This document shows positions 22,961-46,336 of a DNA stretch of 64,000 bases, in pieces. Under the pieces are notes generated by a model, which ran no database searches, was not told where the DNA came from, and was given only the letters and a program-made list of their open reading frames with translations. Positions within the stretch are counted from its first letter, which is position 1. Each line of letters opens with the position of its first letter. Source of the stretch: Raillietiella orientalis (Eukaryota); NCBI GenBank assembly GCA_036172245.1, contig JAYWIR010000002.1, positions 2,666,001 through 2,730,000 of the forward strand, in the 5' to 3' direction. The translations under genes and the position numbers were made by a program.

Positions 22961-25900
22961 AATAAACGTCGCGGCGTGACCGAGTAATAAACCGAGCAGC
23001 TCTCTTCACAGAGGAAATCCCTTTGCAAGGGAACGAGTGACAGTGTTTACCAGCGCACTTGTCCTCCAGCCGTCAAGGAGTCTCTCGACTCCTGTAGTGA
23101 TGCAGGAGAGTTCCCATTCCGCCGGTTGGCTGCTGTCATTCTTTGGCCTTGGGTAAGACGGTGCTGCGGATAGGGGTGTGACGGTTATCTGGGACCACTG
23201 GATTCAGTCCTGCAGGATATATCTCATGGGTTCGCAGAGGAGCTTCCGCAGGGGACTGGTTTCTCTCGGGAGCACTTCGAAGGCCGCAACCCACTAGTGA
23301 AGGAAGTTTTCGGGGTCGTTTCCAAGCAGAAAGGGAAATCTTTCCATGAGAAGCAGCGAACCAGAGAGCGACCTCCGAAGGAAATAGCGCGAGGGCACGC
23401 ACCCTCAGAAGAGCTCTTGGAAACCTTGAGCATCGGGGATGGAGTTCTGCGTTTGCTCACTATCCTCGCTGCAGTCACTCAAAGGTAACCTTTCCTGCAC
23501 GCTATGCCATCGTCACTTGAGGTTGGTGGACTCTGCGGTGCCTGGAGGACTGGGAGAATCAGTGACGGCATAGTTGGCCTCTCTTGCTTTTCTGGTCCTA
23601 GCTGGCAGTTCCTCTACTTGGGTCGCTACCGTAAGGTCTCCCGGACAGCACCTCTCGATACGAATGCTGCAGCAAGTTGACTCTGATCAGGACCACCCGT
23701 TCGTTTCCTCGAAGGGTGGCCGCTGCTGACGTATCAAGTCCAGAGCTTCTGGGGAGTGGGCGCCTTTCTCGTAGAAGAAACGCCACTGCCAACCAAGGTC
23801 CCAGAGGATACAGACGGATTTTATTCCCTGTTTCCCACGAGAGATGGCAGTGGGATGACACGTTATGTAGAGAAGGATTTCCCTATCGGTGCAGCAGCTA
23901 GAAGCGCTGAGTCATGTGGTGTAGGGGTCGCACGATGCGATCAACCTCTGATTGCCTCTTCGAGAAGGACCGTTCGCAACGGACCCTGAGAGCGCCGCCG
24001 GGCAGGCAGAACCGGCAAAAACGAAAAGGTTGGCTTTACATTTTCGACAGGGGGATCCCCAGCCTGGACGCGCAACATTACGAAAGCGGGAATGAGGCTC
24101 GAGTATGCCAAGCCCCAGAGCCATTACACCTGTCGTCAGCTTCCCACACCGCGGCAACCTCAGCGTGGCAATCCAGCCCGGAGCTTCTTAGGTTGTTGAT
24201 GTGGCTGACTTCAGAGCATTCGTGCAAGTCTCCGGATCAGGAAGAAACCCGAGGTCATGGGGGAAAAACGGCCTCTGCTCCGCCCTTTTTCTTCCCTGGC
24301 GGCCGAGGAGTGCTGGAAAATTTATCCGCGTCCCTATCGTTCGGGAACGACAAGGATGCATCAGGAGAGGGGAGAGAGGTAGGTAGCAATGTGTTCAGGT
24401 GCCACGCGAACCCCCCCCCCCTCACACTCGCTCTTTGAGAATCCGGCAGAAGAGATGAGGGTCTCTTCTATGCGCAGGATGAAAGTTCGTCCCACCCCAC
24501 CCTTTCTCTCCCCTCCCTTCCTCTCTCCCCCAAAGCTCGCTCTGCCTCCAGAAAGGCCGCGAGTCGCTTCGACTTCGGCCGAAGCGGGCAACGGTGCCAC
24601 CTCGGTGGCGCTCACATTAAGGAGAGATGAGGAACGTCCTGCTTGCGAGGCGCCACTCACTCGACTTTCCCCTCCTCGGGGTCACTCGGCACGCACGCAC
24701 GCCCGAGGGAGAGCGCACTCGCTGCCGGGTTCCTTCCACGCGTTGGTGTCCCGAGAAGCTCCGGTAGAAGCGTCAGACTCCTGAGGAAAGACGAGCGGAA
24801 GTCTCCTTCCTCTCCTGCGAAAATCGATTGTAGGTCTAATAGGTCAACGCAGGCGCCTGGCTAGCCTAATCGGGCCCGTTGGCATCGCGGAGGGGAGTGG
24901 CCATCTCTGGAGTTTTTTTCTTGATGGTTCCCTTCCCTCTGTTGTTCTTTTCCCCCCGAACCGTGTCCCAGAGGCACTAATGATCGTTCTGGGGGAGGCA
25001 TGGGGTGGGATGAGAACTTCCCTACCCCGCCCCGCCCCGCCATGCCTCCCTTTTTTCCGCTCCCGCCCCTTCCAGCCGTCTGCCAGCGACGCGTTCGAAG
25101 AGCACACGCGCGTGAGGAAGGGGGGGGAAGTGGGAAAGGGAGGAGGAGGAAGAGGAGGAACGGAAGGAGCATTCCCCTTCCGTTTCTTCTCTGCGCGCAA
25201 GCTCGGGGCAGTCTGAAATCTCGCGCTTCCGGGGGGACAGAAAGAGGGGAAGGAAGGGAGAGCGTCAGTCAGACGGCCCTAAGAGTCACGGGAGTAGCCC
25301 ACGCCCGCATCGGGACGCGAGGAGCCACAGCTTCCTCCTTGGAACCTCCGTCCATTCCGCGGAAGATAGGGAGAAAAACAGGGGAAAGAAAGGCAGCTGG
25401 GCGCCCTTCGAGCTGGCTCTGCCGCTGCAGAAAGGCTCCTGTTCCCACCCGCGTTCATTCCCTCCCTCTTTCTTCCCCCTCCATCTCGCGAACGGAGCGT
25501 AAGTTCCTGTGCAGACCGGTAACAACCGAGGAAAAGGGACATCTTTGGAGAAGGCGGCCATGGCGATCCACCACGCTGGGAGGGGGCTCTCCTCCAGGGT
25601 AGTGGATCCGTGGCGCGAACGCCCCCTTGCCCGCTCCGAGGGGAAGCCCCTGCTCTCGCTTCTCGGACCCCTCCCGAGAAGCGGGAGCTCTCCCAGGAAG
25701 ACTCCCCTCTCTTCACCCCTACGACCCTCCTCCGTCGTGATGGCGCAGAGTTCCCTCCACCGGCTGCCAGTCGAGTCGGCACGCGGAGCCGGAATCTCGA
25801 ATTTTCGGGAAAAACAGAGAGGTCTCTTCCGCGCGGGGGGAACGTCGCTCCCCCCCCCGCTCCTTTATCCCCTCCTCAGTGGGGTGGCAGCCTCGTAGTC

Positions 25901-26235
25901 CATTCACTCCGAGAAGGCCCGCTGCTTTCACGGAGACCATCCCGCACCACCAGGCGTCTGCGTAAAGGCTTCGAGAGAGGACCATCCAGGCGCGCGGTTT
26001 CCCTCCTGCATCTTGTCCTACCGACAGCTTCCACGGGTCTTCCCTCCTGATTTCGCCGAGGCTCGGAAAGAGGAACCGGCCTGTCGTGCCTCCCCCGCTG
26101 ACGGTTGCATCCTCGGCTCCTCACCCTCAGCGCGGTCCGAAACAGCGGCCGAAGAGACAACCGTTCTCTGCCTGCCTCCTTCCTCGGTGGCCGTCTCAAG
26201 CCGTCCGAACCTCCCTCTGCACTGTAGCTGGCTGC

Positions 26236-26993
26236 CTCTTCAAGATATGGGGTGCCCCGGGAGGAGGCCACCCTATTAATCCAGGAAGGTTCCGGGGGAA
26301 AGAGTCCTTACCTCTCACGCTTGGTAGGGAACTCCGGAGGGAATCTTCGCCCTGATTACCTGTGGAGGGAACGCTCGATGGGAACCTCTTCCTCATTCTC
26401 TCCGGAGGGATTTCCTGGACGTTCCTGATTTCTTCTCCGAAGGAAACCCTCAAAGGGACCGCTCATCCTTGAAGAATTCCCAGAGGGACGCTTCCCAATT
26501 TCTTTGGAAGGTGCTCCTTAAAGGAAGCAGCACGCTTCTTGCACACTCTGGAGAGGCATCAACCAGCTCCACGGAACGCAATGGAGGGTCTTCCCCCAAG
26601 GAAGGAGGTCGGCTACATCTTCACAACCGGGAGGGGAACCCCGAAGGGCTCCCTGATGTCCTGGAAATACCCCGGAGAGTCAAGTTCTAATCCCGGACAG
26701 TCAATGGGGATATCCGGGGTTTCGGCCTTCCACCAGTGTCGCCGCACCCGAAGCCTACAAGGTCAACCAGCGCCGTCCCGCGCAGAGGAATCGAAACCCA
26801 CGACACACCTCCCGTTCTCCGCCCGTTCTCTCCCCATCTAGGATTCCAACCTGCAACTCCTAGTGTCACATGCAGAGACCACAGGCGCACGGCCGCCGAT
26901 GCGGGTCGTCGATCGTGCGTCCATGGGCAGCATGAGATGCCGTCTGAGAGCGCTTCCTGAACAATGTCTCCAGGGAACTGCTTGCAATCTGCC
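26236..26993 (-). repeat. Module B copy 3
   Basis: Same conserved blocks; degenerate B-box GGTTGGAATCC at 26851-26841. Confidence 0.85.
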
Positions 26994-29900
26994 CGCGCTG
27001 TCAGGTTAGAAGCAGATGCTTGATGCTTCCACTGCGGATGTTTCCACTCATCCAGAAGAAAAAATCAGCGTTTCTGGATGCTGATGGCGGCAATCCAAAG
27101 CTCTCAGCAACGACGCCAACTCCGCTTCCGTCCTCGACGAAGGGTGCTGCGCATGCGCGAGGCAGTCCGAAAGCAAGGCAGAACGATGGACACGGGACAT
27201 CCGGCTTTCGGGGCAATCCATCCATCCGGGAACAGTTTTTCCCACCTTGAGCAGAAAAGATCTGCCGATCAGGGAAGCGAGGATTTCCAGGGGAGGAACG
27301 TGAAGCTGCCGATGCCGCTGCCCACGCGACCACTTTTGCCATGATAATCCGACAGAAATGACAGAAGAAGCATTGGGCAGCAGCCTTTCTGCCTCCGGAG
27401 TCCGGAAAGACTCAGTTTCTCACGAGCGCCTTAGAAGTTCATTTCGATCCAGTCGAATCCAATCCTCCTTGGGGTACAGCTCAGCGAGGGAACACATCAA
27501 GGGGGATGCTCATCCTGTGACCCCAGGCAGCAAAGACGGGCAGACGATGAACGGATCGAAAACGTCGGTGGAGTCGGAGGAAGGCAACTGATGACGATGT
27601 GGAGCAGGTCGTTCCTCCTTCCCAGAGAACGAGGACCAAGTCGGCCCTACGAAGAGAGTGCCGAGTGACGACGCGAAGAGCCGGACGCTCCTATACGTTT
27701 TCGCTCTGCAGAGGGGAGCAGCATTCGGTCGCCTCTCGTTCTCCTCGACTCCCCAACCGCGCATTGCCTGGGTCAAGTCAATGCGTTCCAGGATTTCGTT
27801 TGAGCACTCGTCCAGGTGAAGGGCGGAGCGATGGAACAACGCGGCGGTGTCTCATGGTGCAGGCGACCTGCAAGACGGAAGTCTGAACGGGCCTCGTGAA
27901 AAGGGATCCAGAAGAGCTCACCTCGGTACTTCCGGAGACAATCGCGTTCAGGACGGCAGCAGATGAACCCCACTCCCGACGGAGGGAGTCCGAAAGCAGT
28001 TCGGTAGTGCTCGGTGCTTTCGTTTTTTCCCCTCTTTTTCTTCGGTGGGTCGCCGGCTTCCCATCTCCCGCGCGCATTTGGAGAGAAGGGACCCACAGAA
28101 GAAGGGTATACATTGAAATTCCTCAACAACGAGCGAGGTGAGCACTCCGCAGGGCAGCAACAGATTCTGTTTCGGAAGACTTACGCGGCTTACGCAACCC
28201 CCCTGATGAAGACATCCTCTTCTGTTACGATGGCTCCCTCCCCTGCGTTGACGGCAACGCGTGTAGATGAAGCTCGGAAGGAAAGCATCCAGAATTTACT
28301 GTCACCTATCCACTGTCAGAAGAATCCCTGACACGGACAGCTTCAGAAACTGAAAATTACTCTGATTCAGGAGTGAGGCTGTTTCCAGACCGGGTATCAG
28401 AAAAGCGTATTCGAGACGACAAACCGAGGGAGTCGCTTTTCTGCAGAAATGTAAACTAGACGACGGGGGCTGAAGGCAGGAGTGGAAGCTGCGGCAATCA
28501 AAACACAGATTTCATTTTTGTGTGTGTGTTTTTCCAAGCTGCCAGTAAGCTCGGACGAGGGGTGGGCGCATTTGGAGAAACCCCCGCGAGGCAAAGTGGT
28601 ACGAACGCGTGCTTTTTTTTTTTTTTTCCTTCGCCTTCTGCACTGGCAGTAGTTCTGCAGCGCGATGGGTGCAGTGACGTCACTTCCATCAAGTTCTTTC
28701 TCGTCGATAGCGTTTCACATTGCATGCCTGATGCATCTTTGCTAACTGCATGCAACAGTTACCAATAAAACTGAGGATGTCAGTAAAAAAAAAAAAGAAA
28801 AAGAAAAAACTCCATCTGCTATGACTTGAAGCCAGTCGATGAAGCCGTTGAGGCTTTGAATGTTTAATGCATGCGACAACGACACCCTAAAACGGGAATC
28901 CTTACGTGAGCAAATTGATCTGTGGTCGCTCATTCTTTCCTGATAGCAGTTGTAGAATGGCTAGAGGTCTTCCTTGATATCACTGTTTTGTTTTGTTTTT
29001 TTGTCCCACGGTAAGAAATAACACCAGGTCAAGCTTTGCTGCCTTCTCAGCCTTGCGAAAGAAGCAACGGATGCTCATTTCACAAAGAGAAATTTCAATG
29101 GAACAGAATATCTTCCAGCTGTTCCCTGATGAATAAGGGGTGCCAGAAGCTCGACTGATGAGCGGCAAACCTGGGCTGAATTCTCATCTTAACAGTAGTG
29201 AGGCAGGCAGCAAACGAAAACCGGAGCAGCTGGGCATCATTCTTGCTGGCTGGACTTCTCTCGAGGTGGCTCATTCCTCTCTTCCCCACCTCCAAATCTG
29301 TCGCGGGCGTGATGAGTATCGTCTAAGATGGGATGCAATCTGGATCCGAACTTTCTGACGCAAGATGCGATGATCCCCGACTGCTGAAGCGTCACTTTAA
29401 ACTGAGCCATCTGCAAACAGGATTGGAAAGTTTCAGCTGTCTTTTAAGTTTCAGTCCTGCTTGGATGCAGGATGAAACTTGACCCCAGAAGGGTAACGTG
29501 ACGATTTCGTGCATAAACGGTTACGTGGTGTCATATAGGAACACCAATTAAAACCATATAAATTTGATAATTTTTCATAAAAACTTTATTTTAATGAACT
29601 TAAATTATCTTTACAAATTATTTTATAAGTTATTTGCGCATTCGCTACATAAATACCTTTGGTGTTGGGCTCATATGACCTTTTTACAACATATGACCTA
29701 TTTGTACCTCTTCCCTTCCTTTCCAGTTGGCAGAACGTGGGCACATTTCGCAGCGCTTATGGAACGGTTTAAGAGGTTCATGTGCAACATCCTGGAACCT
29801 CAGATGTTCTTTAGTCCGTACAGATGAAATCGAATTTCGCAAAGAACGAGGCAAATTTGTGCACTATAACCGGCGTTCCACATGAGGTGTTACAAGCTGG

Positions 29901-32900
29901 TATCGCTCTCTGCTTCCGCATTCCCGTCGTCTAAATCTTGGTCTTCATTAGATGAAAACCCTTCCCAGTTAGTTTCTCCTCTTTCATAGAGTCCGACCAA
30001 CCCTTCCAGTGCATTTTGTGTGAAGGATTTCATTATGAGAGGCCATGGGTGCAAACTTTCATATGTAACGTAAGGAGTGACGTGGTGTCGTATACGGCAC
30101 AACCGGACGCAAAATGAAACACAACCAACCAATTTGCACGCAGTTGGGACTGCAGGCATACTGAAGACTTGGCAAGAGGCAGCTGGAACGGCGCGCTCGC
30201 AACCCTGACCATGGCAGACAGTCCGCACATTTTCGTTCCTGTGTGTCGTATGTGACGCCACGTTGCCCTTCTAGGGTTAAAAACAAGCTACAGACAGAAA
30301 ATCAGAACGTGGTGTTCCGATTGCCGTCTCGAAAGACCATTTGAAAGCATCCTTCGTGACTAGGTTCAGTCTGTTCCAGATCTTGCTAGGCACCATCACA
30401 GGAATACCATTGAAAACGTGTGTGCATACCTCACTCACTCCCCACTTCCCATAGGCATGGGGCATGATGAGTTGATTGACGTTTATTTTAATCATCGAGG
30501 TGATCCGAGACGATGGGAAAAACTGTTTAAAATGGGTCATTAAATGTTTATCTTTTATGCAGTGCTAGTATTGTGAGCTTACAGTTCACATAACAGGCCC
30601 TCCTAAGTCAATTACAAAATGGAAGAGATGTAGGAAATAAGAGAAGAAAAAAAAAAATACAAAGAAAGCAACTAGGAACCCGTTAAAAATGCCACTTTGA
30701 GGAATGTTTGTAGAAATGAAAAGGAATAAAATAAAATAAAAAACACAGTGTGCTGCAGAAATGCTAGCGTAAAGGAAATGCCTTTTGTTTTTTCGTGACC
30801 TTCTTGGAGTCTAGTGGAATGGGACCAGCTCCACCTTTTTTCCTTCTTCTAGAAAGATCCGTACACGTATCGATCGCCAACTTCAACAGCTCTTCTCTTG
30901 TCCTCTGAACAACTACTAACTTTCCTGAAAGAAGCAGCTGAAACGAATGCAACGACCTGTTTTTCCCCGATATTTGTTCGATAAGGTTCTCTTTTTTTTT
31001 TTGTGTTTTTTCCGGCCACAATCTCTCGTTCCTGCCCATCTAAGAGAAGTTCTTACTGTCTCTTGAAATACTTATAAACGTATATCCCATTCCGTACGTT
31101 AACTCCCAATTCCGTGCGTTTACGGAACTGACCATCACACGATTTCTGGGAGCAGTGTTCATCGTTCAAGCGTTCACCCATTCATTCGAAATGAAATGCC
31201 ACGCCCGTCGACAGACGAACGGGACCCAAGATGGGGGAAGCTGCACAACCTTGCAGGATTTATTCCTCACGGTTTCCCGGATGAATGAGTACGAAACGTG
31301 CAAGTCATGGCTCTCATCACATATACCCAGATTGCATGCACAACTTATTTTAAACTGAAATCATGCAGTGGCTCACATGCAAATCGGCTTTACCATGAAA
31401 AAGGGCCATTTCTGGAACAGGAATGGGAATTCGTCTTTTCTTTTTTTCCAGAGAGTCAGGCTGTGCAAAAAAGAAAAAAAAGAAAAAAAAACAAATGATG
31501 GAAACGGTAAATCTGAGTGAAGTTTGTTGACCTTTCTTGAAACCAGCTCTTGGGCAGCTCTTTGCACTGGGCTTCTCTCCTGGCAAATATATACTCCCTG
31601 CATGCCTCCGAAACGGCAATTCCATTTCGAAAGGGAGCAGCAGCATTTTGAACTTTATGAACTACTTCTCCTGGACAGTTAATGATGACGCCAATAGGAT
31701 GAGAAAACCTCACAAACTCTTGTAATATTTTTTCCTTCTGCTCCGTCACGTCGTCGGTACTGATTTGATATTTGCGCGGATGAAACCAACCCGTTCCACT
31801 CTTCGGAAGGCGCTACCTTTCCATGTGGAAAAGCTGATGCTGGCCTAGCTTTGGAGAAAGGGAGGAAGGGGGAGAATCAAGAAGGAAAAGAGAGGTACTT
31901 TAACGATGCTGAAGGTTGGCAAGGAGTTTATGGTGAAATTTAGAATTCTGTTCCGCTTTGACGTTTGAACTCGTACTCAAAATGGGATCATGAGATACGT
32001 CTGCACCGCGCGCTGGGCACGCGTCATTCCAAAAGAATCGAATGATGGGTGCACGAGAACCGACTTCCCAGCCGACACGAAAACGCCGGATTGCCAGAAA
32101 AAAAAAAAAAATCTGCACTTACTCCTGCTAGCTCACGCTTACCTAGCAGCTGTGAGCAAACGTTCCCCTGCCTCCAGTTTGCATTAGAGCAGCTCTACTG
32201 GATGTTGAAGGAGGCATGAAAGTAACTTTCCCCGAGCCGAATCCTCCACGTCGACGTTTCACCTTGGTGCGCGTGCAATTCGAAGGATCAATCGGACATT
32301 CCTGCCAGGTCTCTCGTTTCTGAAGCCGAATGCTGTTCACATGTGAAAGGAAGGATCCAGTCCATCGAGTCTCCTACGTCAGCCATCTCTTTCCACTTCG
32401 AACCCACCAGATTCGTATTCTGGCACACCTAAGGTGTTGAGAATGTATCTTTTTTCCAAAGGCACATTCCACTTTTTGTTCTTGCACCATTCGTGGATTT
32501 CTAGGGATCTTCCGCTCTCTGAAACGGCCCTGGGCAGTAGTCTGCTTCGAATCGTTTTTATCTATGACTATTCCGGAGTCCCCCGACAACTTACTACTTC
32601 ATTGAACCAAATTCGTAGTCTTGAGGAATGCACTTCTGTTCGCATTCTACTGATGGATTTCATATGCAGTTTTGTGGATATTGCGCAACTCATTTCAAAC
32701 CATTTTTGGTGTTTTACAAAGACCGATGCGATCTTTTTTTGTATTTATTTATTTATAAGAGTTGGGTAAACAAGTCATAATCGCCAGCTCTCGTTTAGCT
32801 AATTTCAAAAACATTCCAAAGTCTTAATGACAGCCTAATTATTTTATGTGATCGATGATTAAGACTAGGGTGATTCTGACAGTCTATGCAGGTCAATTCG

Positions 32901-33671
32901 TTGCAGAGGTCACTTGAGGAAACTGTGAACCGACTCTTGCGATAATCCCAGATTCGTAGTATTCAAGAATAACCACCCTTGAAAGCTTCCCGCGAGATCA
33001 AAAAATCACCACACGGCGTTACTGCCTTCGGTTACTGTGTGGTCCAGAAAGCAAGCTGTGCACACATACACATAGACACATAATGCGGCTGTGCTGCATT
33101 TGGTGCTTGAAAAGCTTTGCGGTGTTTTAGAACGGTAACTTTCACAAGCAAAGTCGACCCCCCTTGGTCGACTACTTCACATCCAAAAAAAGAGATGAAT
33201 TAATATCTCCTTTTTGGGCATTACGTCTTCCCTTCCCTGCTCGAGTTCTTCCGTCCAGAAAACTTTTCAGTGTGGCTCTGAAATTCGTATTGTAATTTCC
33301 GATTGTAAAAGTAATCTGAAAATTTGCAACCTGAAAATTTATCCCATGATGTACGATAGAAGTTAAACACACGGAACAAACACGAGATGCAGTCTTAATT
33401 GCAATAACGCGTAAAAAAAAAAAAAAAAAAAACCCTATATTATGAATCTAATTACATTGCCTTCGTCCATATTACCATAAAGGACGGAGAAAATTAGTAG
33501 TCTCGTCTTCATTTGGGAAATCCTATGTGCACTTTTCGATTCGGTAATTGCACTGCTGATGTGGCAATGCACACCCAACTCTTCACCGTAAAATGCAAGA
33601 AGTGACTGTCCTCCGATGAGGCAAGAAATGTGCAGCCACGCAGTCAAGAATAAAGGCAAAAATAGGGCACA

Positions 33672-33696
33672 TTTATTCCATTCTTTTTATTTTATT
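33672..33696 (-). terminator. Candidate polyadenylation signals (two AATAAA) of JNK
   Basis: TTTATT on the + strand at 33672-33677 and 33691-33696, ~390-410 nt past the JNK stop in AT-rich 3' UTR-like sequence. Confidence 0.5.
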
Positions 33697-34080
33697 ACAT
33701 TATAAAAATAACTGAACACAATCTGAATCGAATTGTGATAAACGTTTTATCGCTAACATTCAACATACAATAAATATGTAGGTAAATTTCCCAAAAAACA
33801 AGATTTAAACAGTGTTCCTCCTAAAAACCCAAGAAAACCAAAATCATCATTACCAGCAATGGGGAAGAAACATTGCGTATGACGAAAAGCGTATCACTTT
33901 AAATAAATATAAAAGGATGTATCATGAGACAAAACGTCTTCGATTCGTAAGTACCGATCTTTCATAGTTCGATCCACATTATTCAAGAATCACAAAACAC
34001 GACTAGATCATTCGATGATCACAGGTGGCGGAGAAATGGGTAATTCTTGTAATTCGATGGGTAATTCTTGTTAACGTAAT

Positions 34081-43940
<9,860 letters not shown>

Positions 43941-46336
43941 CTATTTGCAATTGTCACCCATAGCGGCTGCAAAGAAAATACATTATGCACTGCAGAGGGA
44001 ATACATTGCACGGCTATGACCCCCCAGAAAAAAAGGAAAAATGAAGAACAGTTATTTCCAGAGACAAAGTATTACTTAGGGACATCACTGACAATATTCA
44101 TTGGAATAAATGAATAAATAAATAAGCAAACCATTACGAACATAACGCCTAAAATGTATTCATCAATCCACAACACTGATGGCCATAAGAAGTGTATTAA
44201 GCAGTAAGTTCATCATTAGTTGCATTTACTTAAGAGTGCATTCCATGAAGTCTTCTTAAGTCTACGATAACGGTGCGACTAAGAACATACACTGTACTGC
44301 CTTACCAAAAATATTGTATATTTAAAAAAAACTTATAAAAGACATGCAGCAACCTTGGAACACATGAAAAAAAAAAAAAAAAACACCGTGAAAGCTTCTT
44401 TGGTCGCTCATTGCACACACACGCTGCACGTACATTTTATTCTGCTATAGGCATTCCGCGTTCAGAATTCGCCAATTACACAAACACACATGTACACAAA
44501 TTTCCCATTTGTACGGGTCAATACGTGGGGAAACAAAACAGTGCAAGGAGAGCATCCTTCAGAAGCAAGGAACGTATCTGCACCCCTCTCTCACAGCACA
44601 AAGTATACGGAACACAACACTCACAGAAGAGGCTTAAGAGACCATCGATAAGCAGACATCGAAAACACGGAGAGTCCAAGAGGTTCAGCGACTTTCGTCA
44701 ATACCAAAAAGACAATACAGCTGCGTTGGCACGAAAACTTGCGGAAGGCAAAGGTGCCTTCCATCAAACACGCAAGAATTCTTATTTACATTTTTTAACT
44801 GATAATCCCATGAACCGGAAATAAAAACAGAGGAAACCCAAGATACACAATACATCGAAACTTCAATGAATTCCAGGGATGCAGTGAAATCCAGGAATGA
44901 ACACCTGCATGTGCGAAAGCCATGAAAACACATGCACACATGAAAACCGCATCAACAACTGCTGTGACCACAGCTTCAAGAAACTCTGGCGATTTCAAAC
45001 GGGAGCGCAAATAGGATCGACCACGCTCGATTCACATCGAGAAAGGAAGCCATTCCCTTTAGCTAACTCTAATGATAAAAGTTTGCTCCCGGGATGCTCG
45101 ACAAGAGCCCATACACACTGCATACAGGTGATGAAAAAAACGGGAACCGCACACAAGAAGCAATTTACTTTGCAAGCAATAATCCGATCACAATGTGATT
45201 CCACAATTTCTGATCCAATGCTCTTTCTTCACTTCTTTTCTTACTACAAACTGACGAACGTCAAACTCGAATCACTGATTTGCACGGTTTTCGAAATGCA
45301 AGAAATGCGTTCCGAAGACACAGGGGAAAACAATTCCGCCTTCGGAGGAAACAGCACGACAATCTGCGCCACGGAAAATCCGGGGTAACCACGAGGAAAA
45401 AAGAATTTGGGGGGGCAAAAAGTTGCAACGAAATTCGAAAAGGCGTTCCCCTTCAAACCTGACACTATCGTCTACAGAGAAACCGAAGACATCAATTTTG
45501 CTCCACTCTGTGATTTCCGAAAACGAACTCCTCCTGACCGAAGAAGGGTTGCAACCGCAGACAGGCTCCAGGTCCGACATGCATCGCTGTTCCCGAAGGC
45601 AGACCAATCCCGATTCCTCCTCACTGCATGGAACGGGAATTGCGACTTCAAACTTTGTAGGCGAATGGTATACTTTTGCGCTTCCCCACGGTTGCTGATC
45701 AACTCTCAAATCACAGGCTTTAATCGATCAAAACCTTTGGTTTTTCTTTCCCTTGATGGGGGGAGGGGAAGGGAGGGGCAATGTCCATTAAAAAAATTAA
45801 CAGAAGAGCACTTTTTTTTCTTCCTTGAGAACAGGCAATCTATCCTAAAACAGCTTCAACAGATAAGCAGCAGGGATGAGTCTTCATCAATAAGGAAACG
45901 AAAATGAGCTGAGAGAGAAACACCTCGATGCTTCCAGATGAAAAACGAATGATTTCAGGCTAATATGATTAAAAAAAAAAAAAAAAACAAGAGCTACAGA
46001 GTCGAACAACGTTCAAAAATTCATATTATATAAAACATACGGAATTCTGAAAATCTTTCAAACTGCTAATTGTGTGTCCACACCTTTCTTACAAATCCGC
46101 GAAATCTCTCTGGAAGAAAGTCGCAATCTCGTGGAAAGAAAAAACCTTAATCCAGTTCCAATGTGCTCATTAAGGAATTTTTCACGTACACGACAGAAAG
46201 GAGGTGCAAACTTGAAACGGAGCCATAAAAGGCTTACTTTAAATGATACCTTGACCACATGGTCACATGCTACATTGATAGTCAGTCCAAGCCCTAAGGA
46301 CACACATTACTTCTCGTGCTTGGGCAAATGACTTAC

